From NCBI GenBank assembly GCA_049599475.1, contig JBMYOQ010000038.1:1-37654 (forward strand): a DNA stretch of 37,654 bases, in the 5' to 3' direction. Positions 35,475-37,654 of the stretch are shown here, piece by piece (the first letter of the stretch is position 1; every line of letters begins with the position of its first letter). Made by a program: the position numbers and the translations under genes. This DNA is from Opitutales bacterium (GTDB taxonomy: Bacteria > Verrucomicrobiota > Verrucomicrobiia > Opitutales > JABSRG01). The notes under the pieces are model-generated. The model ran no database searches. It worked only from the letters and a program-made list of their open reading frames with translations, and was not told the origin of the DNA.

Positions 35475-36367
35475 CCGCTCACCTCCTGTGATGCATCAGG
35501 CGAGTTTGCATCAATCTCTCGGATACGTTCTACAAATGCATCCGATAAACTCTGCCCGAGATCCTTTCTCGCCGAGACCCAGGTAAAACCTGCAGCTTCC
35601 AGCGCCGACTTAGCCTTAACCTCTGGATCTGTATCGCCACCAGACACTTGAAAGGACCAAATATTTCCCGACTTTGAAAGCCCCGAAGCCGTTCCGTGGT
35701 ATATCTGTTTACCTTTATAGAGCATCAACAGGTCATCACAGAGCCCTTCGATCTCCGAGAGCAAATGCGAACACAGAATAATGGATTTCCCCGCTTCACG
35801 TAGACTCCGGATCATCCGCGCTATCTCAACGGTCCCTAACGGATCCACCCCTGCGGTCGGCTCATCTAAAATCACCAAATCCGGATCATGGACAAGCGCC
35901 TGAGCGAGTCCAATACGTTGCAACATCCCTTTCGAATAGGTACCGACACGCCTCTCTGCCGCAGCAGCCAGGCCCACACCTCCAATCACCGTTTCGATGC
36001 GCTCATTCAATAGTGAGCCTTTCAACCCTGAAAGCTTGCCCATCATACGCACACACTCTCTGCCACTCAGGAAACGGTAAAAATAAGGCGCTTCCGGCAG
36101 ATAACCGATACGTTTACGGGTCGCTTTATTCGATGGATCGCCTCCCTGGACTGTGACCTTGCCGGAAGTTGGCTTCAGGAGCCCTAAGATCATCTTAATG
36201 GTCGTCGATTTCCCAGAACCATTCGGGCCAAGCAAGCCCATCACACGCCCACGCCCCAGGGAGAATGAGAGATCATCCACTGCTCGAATTCGGTAGCCCT
36301 TCAGCTCAAGGGGAAAATCGCGAATCAGATTCGTGGCCTCGATTACTGATTTCGAATTATCAACCAT
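35471..36367 (-). CDS. ABC transporter ATP-binding protein
   Basis: GPNGSGKST, YSKGMLQR, LDEPT, SH. Confidence 0.95.
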   Translation of the reverse strand: MVDNSKSVIEATNLIRDFPLELKGYRIRAVDDLSFSLGRGRVMGLLGPNGSGKSTTIKMILGLLKPTSGKVTVQGGDPSNKATRKRIGYLPEAPYFYRFLSGRECVRMMGKLSGLKGSLLNERIETVIGGVGLAAAAERRVGTYSKGMLQRIGLAQALVHDPDLVILDEPTAGVDPLGTVEIARMIRSLREAGKSIILCSHLLSEIEGLCDDLLMLYKGKQIYHGTASGLSKSGNIWSFQVSGGDTDPEVKAKSALEAAGFTWVSARKDLGQSLSDAFVERIREIDANSPDASQEVSG

Positions 36368-36373
36368 CTAACA

Positions 36374-36658
36374 CTATATGATGACAAACCCTCGGAAACC
36401 CTGACACGCAGCGGGCTCTGCTTCCTCAACCTCATGAATATAAGAACGCATTTGATCCGAAATTTCCGCGATAAACGGCTTCACTTCGCTCGACTCACCC
36501 TCGGCGACCAAATGCACCCGGCCGTCAGCAAGATTTTGTACAGTGCCTGAAACCTCAAATTCTGTAGCAATCTGCCGACATGTATAGCGGAAGCCCACGC
36601 CCTGAACACGGCCAGAAAACCAAACTTCAACTCTAATCTGCTCTCCCAATGCGCTCAT
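36374..36658 (-). CDS. acyP: Acylphosphatase
   Basis: FSGRVQGVGFRY, GTVQNLADGRV...AEG. Confidence 0.92.
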   Translation of the reverse strand: MSALGEQIRVEVWFSGRVQGVGFRYTCRQIATEFEVSGTVQNLADGRVHLVAEGESSEVKPFIAEISDQMRSYIHEVEEAEPAACQGFRGFVII

Positions 36659-36824
36659 ACCACACATCTACAGCGACCCAAGCGATCAAATCGAGATTTT
36701 TATAAAAATTAACACCTCCTTTGCAAACCCGGCACACCACAGGCTTACTACCTAAAAGCGACCATTTCTTTAATATATAGGTTGCTTTCGCACCCTGCGT
36801 GAGCATCCTTGAAATCACTAGCCA

Positions 36825-37577
36825 ATGGCAAATTACGAATCTGAAAACTTCTTCGACGGAGATTGGGACGATAAAGGCGACATCGCCTGGAATGAATATG
36901 ATTGGGCGCGCTACCTAAAACGGTGTGACGCCGAGACTAAAAGGTTTAGAGAAATCTACAGAAACATCATCTCCCAGCCAGATCGCTTAGACGAGGCTGC
37001 ACGAAAAATGGGATGGGACCGCGAAGACTGGTCCGCAACCATGGAAGACGAAGGGGAAGAATCCCCTGAAGTCGACAACTACTCACTTCCCGACTTTTCG
37101 GAAATGTCCGCCGAATCACGACCGGAGCAGCCGGGAAGTGAAGAAGGCGACCCTTACAGCGCCCAGCGCCACCCAGTGTTTGTGGTGACACGTTCGCTGG
37201 CCATGGATATCGAAACATATTACATGCGCTTGATCTCTCGTCCAGAGCTACGCATCCCAGCATCGCTAGCCTGGGAGTCTGCAGCCGCCCTCAAGGACGT
37301 GGAAATGCATGTAGGTATGGCGGTCAATTCCCTCGACCTCGGTGATTTCGCCCTCGGCATTTGCTATTTCAAACGCTGCTTCTCCAATCTAAATGTCCTC
37401 TTGTCCGCGACATCGAGACTCAGCGAGTTCCTCCCGCCACGCCTGTGCGAGCCCTTCACAGAGCAGGTAAACATTCGCCTGTTTGACCTCAGAGAGGTTT
37501 GGCTCCGTGTCATCAGCGAGTGCCGCGAGGAAAATCAGCAAAACTTCGGCGACGATTCCAAAGAATCCGAGGAGTAG
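36825..37577 (+). CDS. Hypothetical acidic protein
   Basis: 250-aa ORF with WNEYDW.RYL, HPVF, RLFDLREVWLRV motifs. Function unknown. Confidence 0.75.
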   Translation: MANYESENFFDGDWDDKGDIAWNEYDWARYLKRCDAETKRFREIYRNIISQPDRLDEAARKMGWDREDWSATMEDEGEESPEVDNYSLPDFSEMSAESRPEQPGSEEGDPYSAQRHPVFVVTRSLAMDIETYYMRLISRPELRIPASLAWESAAALKDVEMHVGMAVNSLDLGDFALGICYFKRCFSNLNVLLSATSRLSEFLPPRLCEPFTEQVNIRLFDLREVWLRVISECREENQQNFGDDSKESEE

Positions 37578-37654
37578 ATCGAGGCTAGCCTGGGGAATGC
37601 TTAACTAGGGGCTGTCTTCAAATTACCCCCGCATCCAGACAATAATTGAAGCGA

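Overview
A mostly housekeeping/metabolic chromosomal window, about 50% GC by eye. Gene content suggests a PVC-superphylum bacterium, probably Verrucomicrobiota/Opitutales (inferred from the PSCyt/DUF1592-DUF1552 pair and the surface-protein motifs). In order it holds: an Amt ammonium transporter fused to a methyl-accepting-chemotaxis-like domain; two tandem PRPP-synthetase genes (one canonical, one divergent); lpxD; a divergent sbtA / winged-HTH regulator pair with twin palindromic operators; a Glu-His-Ser subtilase; bcp; a SleB-type hydrolase; a uxaA-SDR-FAH sugar-acid operon; a PSCyt/DUF1552 pair; a tRNA(CAT); a probable 6S RNA; DraG-like, yjbQ, namZ and an unannotated 52-aa lipoprotein; a GATase; then ilvE, IMPase-like, deaminase, ABC/TPR and acylphosphatase genes. 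The most unusual stretch is 26520-29400. It is a ~650-nt leader carrying a 39-codon leader peptide, a terminator/antiterminator switch and two multi-arm RNA structures. It precedes a decaying slipin (SPFH) gene and an intact gene of unknown function. No CRISPR array, integrase or transposase was seen. All family calls come from motif recognition by eye, not from database searches.
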